IMG/VR virus record: IMGVR_UViG_3300035665_000019
Source of the DNA: an uncultured virus (IMG/VR IMGVR_UViG_3300035665_000019)
Taxonomy: Duplodnaviria; Heunggongvirae; Uroviricota; Caudoviricetes
Length of the DNA stretch: 20,000 bases
Direction: 5' to 3' (one strand)
Under the pieces are notes generated by a model that ran no database searches, was not told the DNA's origin, and saw only the letters and a program-made list of their open reading frames with translations. Of this stretch, positions 7,747 through 16,394 are shown in pieces. Numbering within the stretch: the first letter of the stretch is position 1; each line of letters starts with the position of its first letter. A program made the translations under genes and the position numbers.

Positions 7747-8079
7747 TTAGGTATTATTATCAATAATAGTAACAGTACCATCTTCGTTCATGGTAAATTG
7801 GCCAATAGCGGCCCAACCTTCTTGTATACTCTCTGGTTTTATACTATTAATTAATTGTCCTAATGCATAGTGTAATTCAAATACTTCCCTAGCATCGGTT
7901 CCTAGGGCTTCTGCTATTTGAGTAGGAGTAGCGTGTGGATTGTTCCAAAAATTTTTAGAACCCATATTAAAAGCATTAGTCATCATTTGAAAAGTTTGTC
8001 TGGTAGTACCTTTGATATTATTGGCTACTCTAATGGCTTTATCAACTGGAGTTTGTGGATTGTTATCTAAAATACTCAT
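7747..8079 (-). CDS. Hypothetical protein, 110 aa
   Basis: SD GGAG upstream and ATGA overlap with the upstream gene. Predicted mostly helical; no recognised family. Confidence 0.75.
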   Translation of the reverse strand: MSILDNNPQTPVDKAIRVANNIKGTTRQTFQMMTNAFNMGSKNFWNNPHATPTQIAEALGTDAREVFELHYALGQLINSIKPESIQEGWAAIGQFTMNEDGTVTIIDNNT

Positions 8080-8258
8080 AAATTTTCTCCGTTATTAGGA
8101 TTTTGTGATTGTAAATAGTTTGATACTAATTCATTAACTTCTTCTTGAGTTGGATAGTGATCAAATTTGAAGAACTGGGTTGAGTTTTCGTCAATAACCA
8201 CTCTTGTCCTATATTTATTGGCTTCATCAAGAAAGACTTCAGTAATTTTATAATCCAT
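8076..8258 (-). CDS. Hypothetical small protein, 60 aa (possible spike/fibre accessory)
   Basis: SD GAGGT overlaps the stop of the spike gene; translationally coupled to the next gene. Confidence 0.7.
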   Translation of the reverse strand: MDYKITEVFLDEANKYRTRVVIDENSTQFFKFDHYPTQEEVNELVSNYLQSQNPNNGENL

Positions 8259-8267
8259 ATTTTTACC

Positions 8268-11200
8268 TCATATTTGTATTATGCTTAATTCATCTATATA
8301 TCCAGTATATGTTGATCCGCCCCAGCACTCTGCTAATAGTTCCACAACACCAGCTTCGGTAGGAGTAAAACTTAAAGAAACTTGTTCCCAAGTATCAGCA
8401 GCAGCAGTCATGTAGCTTATTACATCATTAGTAACTCCAGCTATTTGTCCACCCTTAACCCTTAGTCTAAAAATTAAACCAGTACTTGTTCGCCTCATCC
8501 ACGCTTTGATTGTAACTACGCTATTTGCACTAACAGCAATTTGAGATATTGGAAAATCAAGAGGATAATTATCTCTACGATAATCACTTGTTGGAGCCAA
8601 ACTCCATGCGTATCCAGTATTACTATATCTTACGCTTGTTTGAGGTCTTATCAAGCCAAAATCAGTATAGATAAACCAATTATTAGAGGTATTATCGTGA
8701 GTGGTGCAATATATTCTGCCATTACCTCCTCCATAAAAACCAAATTCTGAGCTTTCATTGATTAAACAATTATTTAAATATATACTTCCACCAAAACTAA
8801 AAAAAGCATTATACACACTAATATTTGAAGTTGTACAATTATTGAACACATCATTAGATGATACTCCTTGTGTTCTATATGCTTCTCCTTGGTTGTTATG
8901 AAATGAGCAATTATTCCAAGTATTATTTGTTCCTCCTCCAGCACTTAGTATTGCTATGCCTCCATTATTGTTAAAAGAACAATTATTCCAAACAACATTA
9001 TTATATGTGCTTAATCGTAGTGCGCTATTGTTATTGCTTAAAAAATAGCAGTTGGTAAATTTATGCACATTGAAACCAAAATCAGCATTCATACCTATAA
9101 AATTATTATTACAAAATACATTTTCAAATTTACAAAACTGAGTAGCTGTTGGCGAATCAAACTGATTACTACATCCTATAACATAAAAATCTTTAAAACA
9201 AGTAAAACCTGTATTTGTGACAGATACTCTGTCATATCTAACAAATCCTAACTTTTTAAAGCTCCAACTAGCTCTGGATCCCGATGATATGCCGTATCCC
9301 AAACCATTTTGTCCATCAAAGAAGGTAATACCGGTCTGAGTACTCATATTAGTTCTGTCATATCCGCCAACAATTGTTAAACAAGGAACAAAGTGACTAG
9401 CACTATCATTAATTATATGAACACCATTAGCAGCAGCACTTTGCGGAGGTGTTTTAATTGTTTCTCTTTTATATGTTGTTATTGTTTCAGTAGTTCCATA
9501 GTACCCTTTTGAAAAGTTACCCACAGTACTAACGGTTGGATTGTTAGACAGTCTTCCGTCTATAATAACTCTTGTTCCAACAATACTTTCTATAGGATAC
9601 CAACTTTCGTTAGTTGTATTTTTACCAATAAGAGATGTTAAACTTAATGAGTCCGCACTAGAACTAGCTTTGCAAGCAATAATATTACTCAATAAAACAG
9701 TTTGTGCGCCTAAATCACTAGCAGCATATAATGCTACACTTTGAATACTACTTCCTAAATTAGTACCAAGATCAACGGTAAAAACATGCCAATTATTTAA
9801 GATTCCTAAAGCTGGTATATTAAAAGTATTTACAGCCGTTACACCAGCAGCATCGCTACATAACCTTAGTTGTAATTGGCCACTTGTTGCTACTGCGCCA
9901 GCAGTTTGCTGTATAAAAAAACTAAGCTGTTGGTATCCGCTTAGATCTTTGGTTGAAAATGACTTGTATGCGACTAACCCTGTGGCAAAAGCTGCTCCAA
10001 TGGATATGCTATCAGACATGCTTCCTTGTTTTGTTGTACTCGATGTCGTGGTAGTATTATTAGCGGTTGCTGTCCACGCTGTTCTTCCTCCTACTTCACC
10101 TTGGTTGCCATGACTAGCAATGTTTTCGGTTAGAGCAGATGCTAGTCGTATAACGCAATTAGTTGCTTTTCTTACTGTTCCAGCACCACCACTTGCAGTA
10201 CCAACAGAATTTGTAAGTGTAAATGTAGTTGGTCCAGTTACCACTATTTCCCATGTTCCGTTAACAGCAGAGTGTCCTTGATGATCACATATAAATACAG
10301 TATCTCCGGTTGAGTATCCGTGTGTGGCTGATGTAGTAATAGATATTGGAGTAGCATTGGTGGATGATGCTATTGCTACAGTAGGTGCAGAACCAGATCC
10401 ATTCCATGTAGCATTTCCTATGCTTGTTGGACTTGGACTAGCTTCAACCCTTATAATATCACAAGAATGAGTTCTAACTGCCGTTAATCCGTTTGTGAAT
10501 GTTTGTATTCGTCCACCAATAAAGTATTGACGAGCACTAGTATTTGCTAATGCGGTTCCTGAACTAATGGCCGATAATGTTAAGCTTGTGCTACTTACTC
10601 TTGCTATTATATGATAGTAAGCGTATATGCTTCCATTAAAAATACTCAATATTTGTCCCGGAGGATTTTCATATGTTGTAACAGAAGCCGAAGCCTCTAT
10701 TTGAACAGCTGTGAAATAAATTCCTTTTGTTGCATCTCCCATATAGCTGGGGCCAAAAGCGTCTGATCCGGTGTAATTATCTTCGGCTAAACAAAAAGCA
10801 AAAGTATCGGTTGATGCAGAGGCCGACGATGTTGCTGTAATACTTAATCTATACCATCCACCTCCAACATTACTAATTGCTGCTGTTGCGCTGGCTCCTG
10901 TTGCTTCAACAGTGCCACTAGACAAGTTAAATCGTGCTGATCTTGCCGTATCTGATAACTGAAGAATAACCTTGTTTCTCCCGGCAGTTCTAACGTAAAC
11001 AGAACATGTATACTGCGTACTATTTGATAATGTAACAAAAGGAGAAGCTTGTGTTCTGGCAAGATGATTCGTGACAGTTGGATATTCTTGAAGGTAATAG
11101 ATATAAGAATCTATCCCTGTCGGACCGTTTATGATCTCATCGACATAATAGTCCAAGCTTAACAATCTGCAGCCGTTGTAAGTCCCATAATTTTGCCAGA

Positions 11201-11381
11201 AATTGGTGTGCCAGCATATATTTTTAAGAGGGGCTATTGAGTTATCATTTGGAAAGTTGGCTGTAGCAGAGCTAAATGTTGTGCTAGAGATTGCCCCGTC
11301 AGAACCAGATGCCAACAATGAGAAACTAGTTCCTCCATAATTATCATTTCCATTTTCATAATCTAAATAAAATGTTGGCAT
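8268..11381 (-). CDS. Multi-domain spike/fibre protein (CBM-like domains plus right-handed beta-helix), 1037 aa
   Basis: N-terminal FYLDYENGND. CBM-like segment YTCSVYVR...GGGWYRLSITAT...AVQIEAS. Beta module TNATPISITTSATHGYSTGDTVFI..NGTWEIVVTGPTTFTL. About 23-24-residue NC(S/T/Y)FxNN ladder repeats. C-terminal TIKAWMRR..DTWEQVSLSFTPT..GYIDELSI jelly-roll pattern. Confidence 0.7.
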   Translation of the reverse strand: MPTFYLDYENGNDNYGGTSFSLLASGSDGAISSTTFSSATANFPNDNSIAPLKNICWHTNFWQNYGTYNGCRLLSLDYYVDEIINGPTGIDSYIYYLQEYPTVTNHLARTQASPFVTLSNSTQYTCSVYVRTAGRNKVILQLSDTARSARFNLSSGTVEATGASATAAISNVGGGWYRLSITATSSASASTDTFAFCLAEDNYTGSDAFGPSYMGDATKGIYFTAVQIEASASVTTYENPPGQILSIFNGSIYAYYHIIARVSSTSLTLSAISSGTALANTSARQYFIGGRIQTFTNGLTAVRTHSCDIIRVEASPSPTSIGNATWNGSGSAPTVAIASSTNATPISITTSATHGYSTGDTVFICDHQGHSAVNGTWEIVVTGPTTFTLTNSVGTASGGAGTVRKATNCVIRLASALTENIASHGNQGEVGGRTAWTATANNTTTTSSTTKQGSMSDSISIGAAFATGLVAYKSFSTKDLSGYQQLSFFIQQTAGAVATSGQLQLRLCSDAAGVTAVNTFNIPALGILNNWHVFTVDLGTNLGSSIQSVALYAASDLGAQTVLLSNIIACKASSSADSLSLTSLIGKNTTNESWYPIESIVGTRVIIDGRLSNNPTVSTVGNFSKGYYGTTETITTYKRETIKTPPQSAAANGVHIINDSASHFVPCLTIVGGYDRTNMSTQTGITFFDGQNGLGYGISSGSRASWSFKKLGFVRYDRVSVTNTGFTCFKDFYVIGCSNQFDSPTATQFCKFENVFCNNNFIGMNADFGFNVHKFTNCYFLSNNNSALRLSTYNNVVWNNCSFNNNGGIAILSAGGGTNNTWNNCSFHNNQGEAYRTQGVSSNDVFNNCTTSNISVYNAFFSFGGSIYLNNCLINESSEFGFYGGGNGRIYCTTHDNTSNNWFIYTDFGLIRPQTSVRYSNTGYAWSLAPTSDYRRDNYPLDFPISQIAVSANSVVTIKAWMRRTSTGLIFRLRVKGGQIAGVTNDVISYMTAAADTWEQVSLSFTPTEAGVVELLAECWGGSTYTGYIDELSIIQI

Positions 11382-11382
11382 A

Positions 11383-12468
11383 TCAAGTCCTGGTTAATGA
11401 ATTTTTAAAAGTTTGTAGTATGCTACTATATGATGAAGCTTCTGAGCTTGTTAATCCTTTTCCAAACGAATAATCGCTTAATCGCAGATTACTATAATAT
11501 CCAGCACTTTGTCTAAATAGCAAAAATGTTGGAGTTGGTTGGGTTAGGGTGACTGTAATTGGTGTTGTATTTGTGCTTCCAAGTTGTGACCCAGCTTGAT
11601 AAACTCTAAAGTCGGTAGTTGTTAACCTGGAACTAATTAAATGAGTTGCTGGAGAAACTAAGCCTGTTGACAGCGGACTCAATTGAGCATTTATGCCGTT
11701 TGATGAGGCCTGTGTTATGCTTGCTCTTACATTAGCATATCCACTAAGTAACTGAATACCAAGCCACCATAAATCAACATATGAATTAGTAGCATACAAT
11801 ATACTTTGGAAAGCAGCAGATATTGCGGTTGTAGAAACAGTAGCTGCTATATGTAAATTATCTATTAAACTTCCAACTGGTCCAACCATAGAAGGAAAAA
11901 ATCCAGTATCTAAATACTTGGTGCCAACAAGTTGCTGGGTAGGATCAGCCCCGCTAGAAGTTAAACCAGCACTAGATCCAGTTTCGTAATAATCTGAATT
12001 TGTAAAATTAAAATTTCTATCATAATCAGAAAATCCATAAGATGGACTTAGCCAATTGGTTGAAACGTATAGCGGAACCAAAGCTGAATTTAAATTATTG
12101 CCACAAAATAAATTAAGTCTATAAAATTTACTTCGTAGCCCAGCACTGTCTATACTATTACAAAAGGTATTTAATGCCGAAATTGTTCCAGAACTAGCAC
12201 TGCCTCCATTTAATGAGATATTATTCAACCATAATTGTACATCAGGATGGTTATTTCCGCTTAATATTAATTGAGATTTTTGCCTATTATCAAATGCGGC
12301 AACAAACGGTTGTGCCTTACTAACAAAATTCAATCCAATAGTATCCTCGTTTTTACCAACAACCTGTACAAATGGTTGGGCCTTGTACACAGTATCCATA
12401 CCAAGAAGGTTTCGTTTTCTAGGTAGTCTTGAGGATCGTTGAGTGAGATTTTGTCTTATACTAAACAT
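11383..12468 (-). CDS. Hypothetical virion-associated protein, possible lectin/LamG-like C-terminal domain, 361 aa
   Basis: Sits between the fibre and spike genes with gaps of 5 and 1 nt. Basic N-terminus, duplicated KAQPFV, and a beta-rich C-half ending LSDYSFGKGLTSSEA. Confidence 0.6.
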   Translation of the reverse strand: MFSIRQNLTQRSSRLPRKRNLLGMDTVYKAQPFVQVVGKNEDTIGLNFVSKAQPFVAAFDNRQKSQLILSGNNHPDVQLWLNNISLNGGSASSGTISALNTFCNSIDSAGLRSKFYRLNLFCGNNLNSALVPLYVSTNWLSPSYGFSDYDRNFNFTNSDYYETGSSAGLTSSGADPTQQLVGTKYLDTGFFPSMVGPVGSLIDNLHIAATVSTTAISAAFQSILYATNSYVDLWWLGIQLLSGYANVRASITQASSNGINAQLSPLSTGLVSPATHLISSRLTTTDFRVYQAGSQLGSTNTTPITVTLTQPTPTFLLFRQSAGYYSNLRLSDYSFGKGLTSSEASSYSSILQTFKNSLTRT

Positions 12469-12473
12469 AATTA

Positions 12474-15400
12474 TTAACCATAATTTTGAGAGAAACTACC
12501 ATACCAGAAAGAACCATCACTAATGAAACTATATATATCAACTTTACTAGCAGTAATAGTTGCTGTTGGAATGGCACTATCGGCCCATCTTACTCCGCTG
12601 AAAGACGCAGTATAGTTTCCACTGCCACTATTCAAGAACATGCTAAAACTCTTTCCGGCAGTTGCTGTGGGCATAGTAAACGTGCAGTTACCAGTTAGGG
12701 TACAAGTATGAACAGTTCCACTGGCCAAGCTTAGAGTTTTACTAGCTCCACTATTACCATTAGATACCACACTTTCAGTATAACTATCAAAAGTAAGATT
12801 ACCATCTATATTAACGTTTCCAACAACATCTAATTTTTCTGCTGGAGTTGATGTTCCTATTCCTACATTACCAACGTCTGTTATTCTTACTCTTTCTTGT
12901 AAACTTGATCCATCGTTAGTATGAAAAGCCAACATGCCTTCAGTTGGACTGCTATCAGTAGAAACATCTATTTTTGCTATAACACTATTTACATCATTAA
13001 AAATATTATACCATGTTATTGGTGCTATATTATCAGATATATCTGAAGCACTAACTGTATGCTTTATAGAACCATTAATATTTATATTTCCATCAACATC
13101 TAATTTTTCTTGTGGTGTTGATGTTCCTATTCCAACATTTCCATCACCACTATCAATCATCATCCTAAATGTATTACTAGTAAAAAACTCAATAGGAACA
13201 GCATTAAAGTTGCCTATTTGTAGTTTGGTAATCTCTGAACCTTGTGTTACTATCATAGCACAACCAGCATCAGATAAATTACCAGCGTAATATCCATATC
13301 CATAAGATGAGCCATGAGTAAAAAATTGAAGACAATTATCTTGCCAAGCTCCATTACCACCATTATTACTTAACATAAATGATCCACGAGATAAATTACT
13401 CTCGCAATTAAAATGACCCAAATTGACATAATCGCTGGAACTAGCGTCATTAACTTGAAAGATTTGAGTTTGAGATGCCCCATCTATAGTTCCGGCAGCA
13501 CCACCAGTTGATATCGTTAAAGGAGATCCGGGAGAGCTTGTTCCAATACCAACATTTCCAATATTACTTACCCTTAATCTTTCAGCTCCGCTAGTACTAA
13601 TACCAAAAGTATTTGCTGCTGGAGAGAATAAACCAGTATCAGGATCATTAATAAATTCAAAAGAGGGTAATGAGGCAGTACCGGACCCGCCAATAAAAGA
13701 TCCTGTTGCTAAAATGTCTCCAGCAACATGGAGTTTAGAAGTTGGGTTGACTATACCTATTCCAACATTTCCACCACCATTAGGATTAAACTGAATAGGA
13801 CTATCAGTTTCTACAATTAATCCGTTTTCAGCGGTAATGTTTACTTGTAAAGCATTAATTTGTAATCTATCATTAAGATCGTCCCAAGTAATATCTGCAA
13901 CTGGAGCACCATCATTTTCAAAAACTATATTTTGATTAGATCCATCATTTCCAAAAATAGTAATCCCGTCTGGTATATAATTAGTTATATATCCTGCAAC
14001 AGCATGATTTCCCCATCCGTAAGCAGTGTTCCAGTTAGTACTATTTCCTCCACTAGCAATAATAGTACCACTTACATGTAATTTCCCAGACGGAGTGACT
14101 GTTCCGATTCCTATATTACTTCCGCTCTGATAAATATCGCTATTATTTAATCCACTAGTACTATTCCATCGTGGTAAGTATCCTGATGTTGAAGCTCCAG
14201 TACCAGTACCAGTAACAGGATTAGTTAAAAGAGTTTGAAGTCCACTAGTATTGATTGTTATGGTCCCACTACCATTAGTTATAGCTATTCCAGTACCAGC
14301 AGACAAAGTATTAGCAACTAAACTTGTTCCACTACCAATTAATAATTGTCCATTACTATAAGAAGTTATATTTGTACCACCCTTATTAACTGGTAAAGTT
14401 CCAGTAATTTGCGTGGTATTTATACTTGTTAATAATGCTAATGTTCCGCTGGTATTTGGCAGATTTAATACTATATTATTTCCATCTGCTGTTGTGGTAC
14501 GCAATGTGGTATTAGCAGAAGCAAGGGTGGTTGCTGGAGTCACATCAAATATCAATCTATTAGCACTAACAGCAACTCCATTATCATAGTAATTTATTAC
14601 CCCCACACCGCTATTACCGGCAAATAACAATCCACGACTAATAGTCAGAATTGGGTCATTAGCATTTAGACCTATTAATAATTCTCTAGAATCTATAACA
14701 TTAGTAGAAGAGTCACTAAAATTAAAAGAATTACTACCTATACCCAGACCATTACTAGTTTTACCAAATAAAACAATAGCATCCTGAGACACTCCCAGTT
14801 CTATCGGAACACCAGCACCATTACCAACTACTTTTAAACCATCAGAAAATGTTTTAACTCCACTAATAGTTTGAGTTCCAATAGTTCTAACAATATTACT
14901 ACTATCAAAATTACCACTATGCCAAACTCCAGTACCATTCACGGTTAATAAATTAGTAAAATTGCCACTATTAGCTGTTATCAGTCCGCTAACTTGTAGT
15001 TTACTAGAAGGAGAGCTTGTTCCAATACCAACATTTCCATTAGATGAGATTATTAATCTATCAGCACCAGCACTATCATCTCTGATTCTAAAACTACCAT
15101 TAGTTCCATCTGTATGGGATGCTAATCTGTATAATCTTCCCGCAGCCGTTGTTCTATTATCAATATATAAACCAAAATGTCCTAAATTATTACCAACTCC
15201 TGATATGGTAATACTAGAATTATCTAATTTCATGATTCTAGTATCACAATTAGTAAATTTTAATGGCCCATTAATTTCCAGAGTTGCTGCTGGACTACTT
15301 GTTCCTATTCCAACATTAGTTCCATTATCAAAAACTAGACTATTACCAATAGTCGAACCACCAGTAAACTTACTTATATAGTTAGTTGTTCCTCCGCTAC

Positions 15401-15509
15401 TAGATATTACTCCAGTACCATTTAATTGTAAAGATTGAGTAAAATTTCCACTATTAGCAGTTATTAAACCACTAGTGCTTACATCATTAGATCCATAATT
15501 AATAGGCAT
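12474..15509 (-). CDS. Tail fibre-like protein with seven N(V/I)GIG(T/I)xxP modules, 1011 aa
   Basis: G/S/T/N-rich. Seven NVGIGTxxPxxKLxVxG-type repeats and an ITGTLPVNKGGT motif. C-terminal domain ..TLTGNCTFTMP..VRWADSAIPT..VDIYSFISDG. No S74-type intramolecular chaperone recognisable. Confidence 0.8.
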   Translation of the reverse strand: MPINYGSNDVSTSGLITANSGNFTQSLQLNGTGVISSSGGTTNYISKFTGGSTIGNSLVFDNGTNVGIGTSSPAATLEINGPLKFTNCDTRIMKLDNSSITISGVGNNLGHFGLYIDNRTTAAGRLYRLASHTDGTNGSFRIRDDSAGADRLIISSNGNVGIGTSSPSSKLQVSGLITANSGNFTNLLTVNGTGVWHSGNFDSSNIVRTIGTQTISGVKTFSDGLKVVGNGAGVPIELGVSQDAIVLFGKTSNGLGIGSNSFNFSDSSTNVIDSRELLIGLNANDPILTISRGLLFAGNSGVGVINYYDNGVAVSANRLIFDVTPATTLASANTTLRTTTADGNNIVLNLPNTSGTLALLTSINTTQITGTLPVNKGGTNITSYSNGQLLIGSGTSLVANTLSAGTGIAITNGSGTITINTSGLQTLLTNPVTGTGTGASTSGYLPRWNSTSGLNNSDIYQSGSNIGIGTVTPSGKLHVSGTIIASGGNSTNWNTAYGWGNHAVAGYITNYIPDGITIFGNDGSNQNIVFENDGAPVADITWDDLNDRLQINALQVNITAENGLIVETDSPIQFNPNGGGNVGIGIVNPTSKLHVAGDILATGSFIGGSGTASLPSFEFINDPDTGLFSPAANTFGISTSGAERLRVSNIGNVGIGTSSPGSPLTISTGGAAGTIDGASQTQIFQVNDASSSDYVNLGHFNCESNLSRGSFMLSNNGGNGAWQDNCLQFFTHGSSYGYGYYAGNLSDAGCAMIVTQGSEITKLQIGNFNAVPIEFFTSNTFRMMIDSGDGNVGIGTSTPQEKLDVDGNININGSIKHTVSASDISDNIAPITWYNIFNDVNSVIAKIDVSTDSSPTEGMLAFHTNDGSSLQERVRITDVGNVGIGTSTPAEKLDVVGNVNIDGNLTFDSYTESVVSNGNSGASKTLSLASGTVHTCTLTGNCTFTMPTATAGKSFSMFLNSGSGNYTASFSGVRWADSAIPTATITASKVDIYSFISDGSFWYGSFSQNYG
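12821..15317 (-). repeat. Dispersed GNVGIGT-module repeats, including a perfect 30-bp direct repeat
   Basis: ggagagcttgttccaataccaacatttcca occurs at 13531-13560 and 15010-15039. tgttcctattccaacatt occurs at 13122-13139 and 15300-15317. Near-identical 53-bp blocks lie at 12821-12873 and 13091-13143. Confidence 0.9.
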
Positions 15510-15538
15510 AGTTAGTTTTCATAGTATTGAGAGTCATT

Positions 15539-16339
15539 TTAATTTCGCCATATTTCTAGATTACTATATTTTTCAGATAAATTTTTACCAAGAATTTCAT
15601 AACAACAGTGTGGAATTGGTTCAACTTTTGGTCTAATATCATGCAAACTAGGAATCTTATGAACACCCTCATCATCTTCTTTTGTATATTGTTCTACATT
15701 AGAAAAATTATGATCGAATGGTTTAAGATCTAGATAATTATACACTTTTTTCATAGTTCTAACAGGGTCCATTGTTAGTTCATCAAATTCTACAAAAAGT
15801 AATTTGTCTTTATATCCTCTGCTAATAGCATCTTTTACTCTGTTATAGGCCAATCCAACAACTTGTTTTTTATTGGCCCAAATATCACATCTGCCCTCTG
15901 TTGTTTGAGAGGAAAAATAGTCCTCACTCTCTAAAAGCCACTGACTTTTGCCCGTATTTTTTCTCCATAGTTTTTCAAAACTACTAAATATCTCACTTAA
16001 ATTTCTAACAGGTACAATAATTTTGGGTGTGTATCCTAGAATGAATTCGGCCATTTCTATTAAACTTAACCATCCTCGCCCCTTATCAACAATATTATTT
16101 TTATCTGTAGAATGATAACTATTTAATACATTTTGTAAAACTCGTTTTAATTGATCATAGTCCACACCTTCTGCTTTGTGTTCTATTAGAGTATCCCACT
16201 GATTACGAATATTAAATAAAACATCAACACAGCCGCTAGTGGCCTTACTCACAAATAAATCTTGATTTTGAGCTAATATATTACAGAGCAATGTGCTTCC
16301 GCTTCTTGGAAGTCCGCTTATAAGATAGAAATTTTTCAA
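15539..16339 (-). CDS. PAPS-dependent sulfotransferase family protein, 266 aa
   Basis: 5'-phosphosulfate-binding loop ISGLPRSGSTLL, DKGR, 3'-phosphate-binding-like KIIVPVRNLSEIFSS, and LFVEFDELTMDP..MKKVYNYL. TTG start preceded by SD AGGAG. Confidence 0.88.
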   Translation of the reverse strand: MKNFYLISGLPRSGSTLLCNILAQNQDLFVSKATSGCVDVLFNIRNQWDTLIEHKAEGVDYDQLKRVLQNVLNSYHSTDKNNIVDKGRGWLSLIEMAEFILGYTPKIIVPVRNLSEIFSSFEKLWRKNTGKSQWLLESEDYFSSQTTEGRCDIWANKKQVVGLAYNRVKDAISRGYKDKLLFVEFDELTMDPVRTMKKVYNYLDLKPFDHNFSNVEQYTKEDDEGVHKIPSLHDIRPKVEPIPHCCYEILGKNLSEKYSNLEIWRN

Positions 16340-16394
16340 TTTTAGTCTCCTGTTCCTTTCCTTTATATGATCCTAAGTATTATAGTAAATGAAC

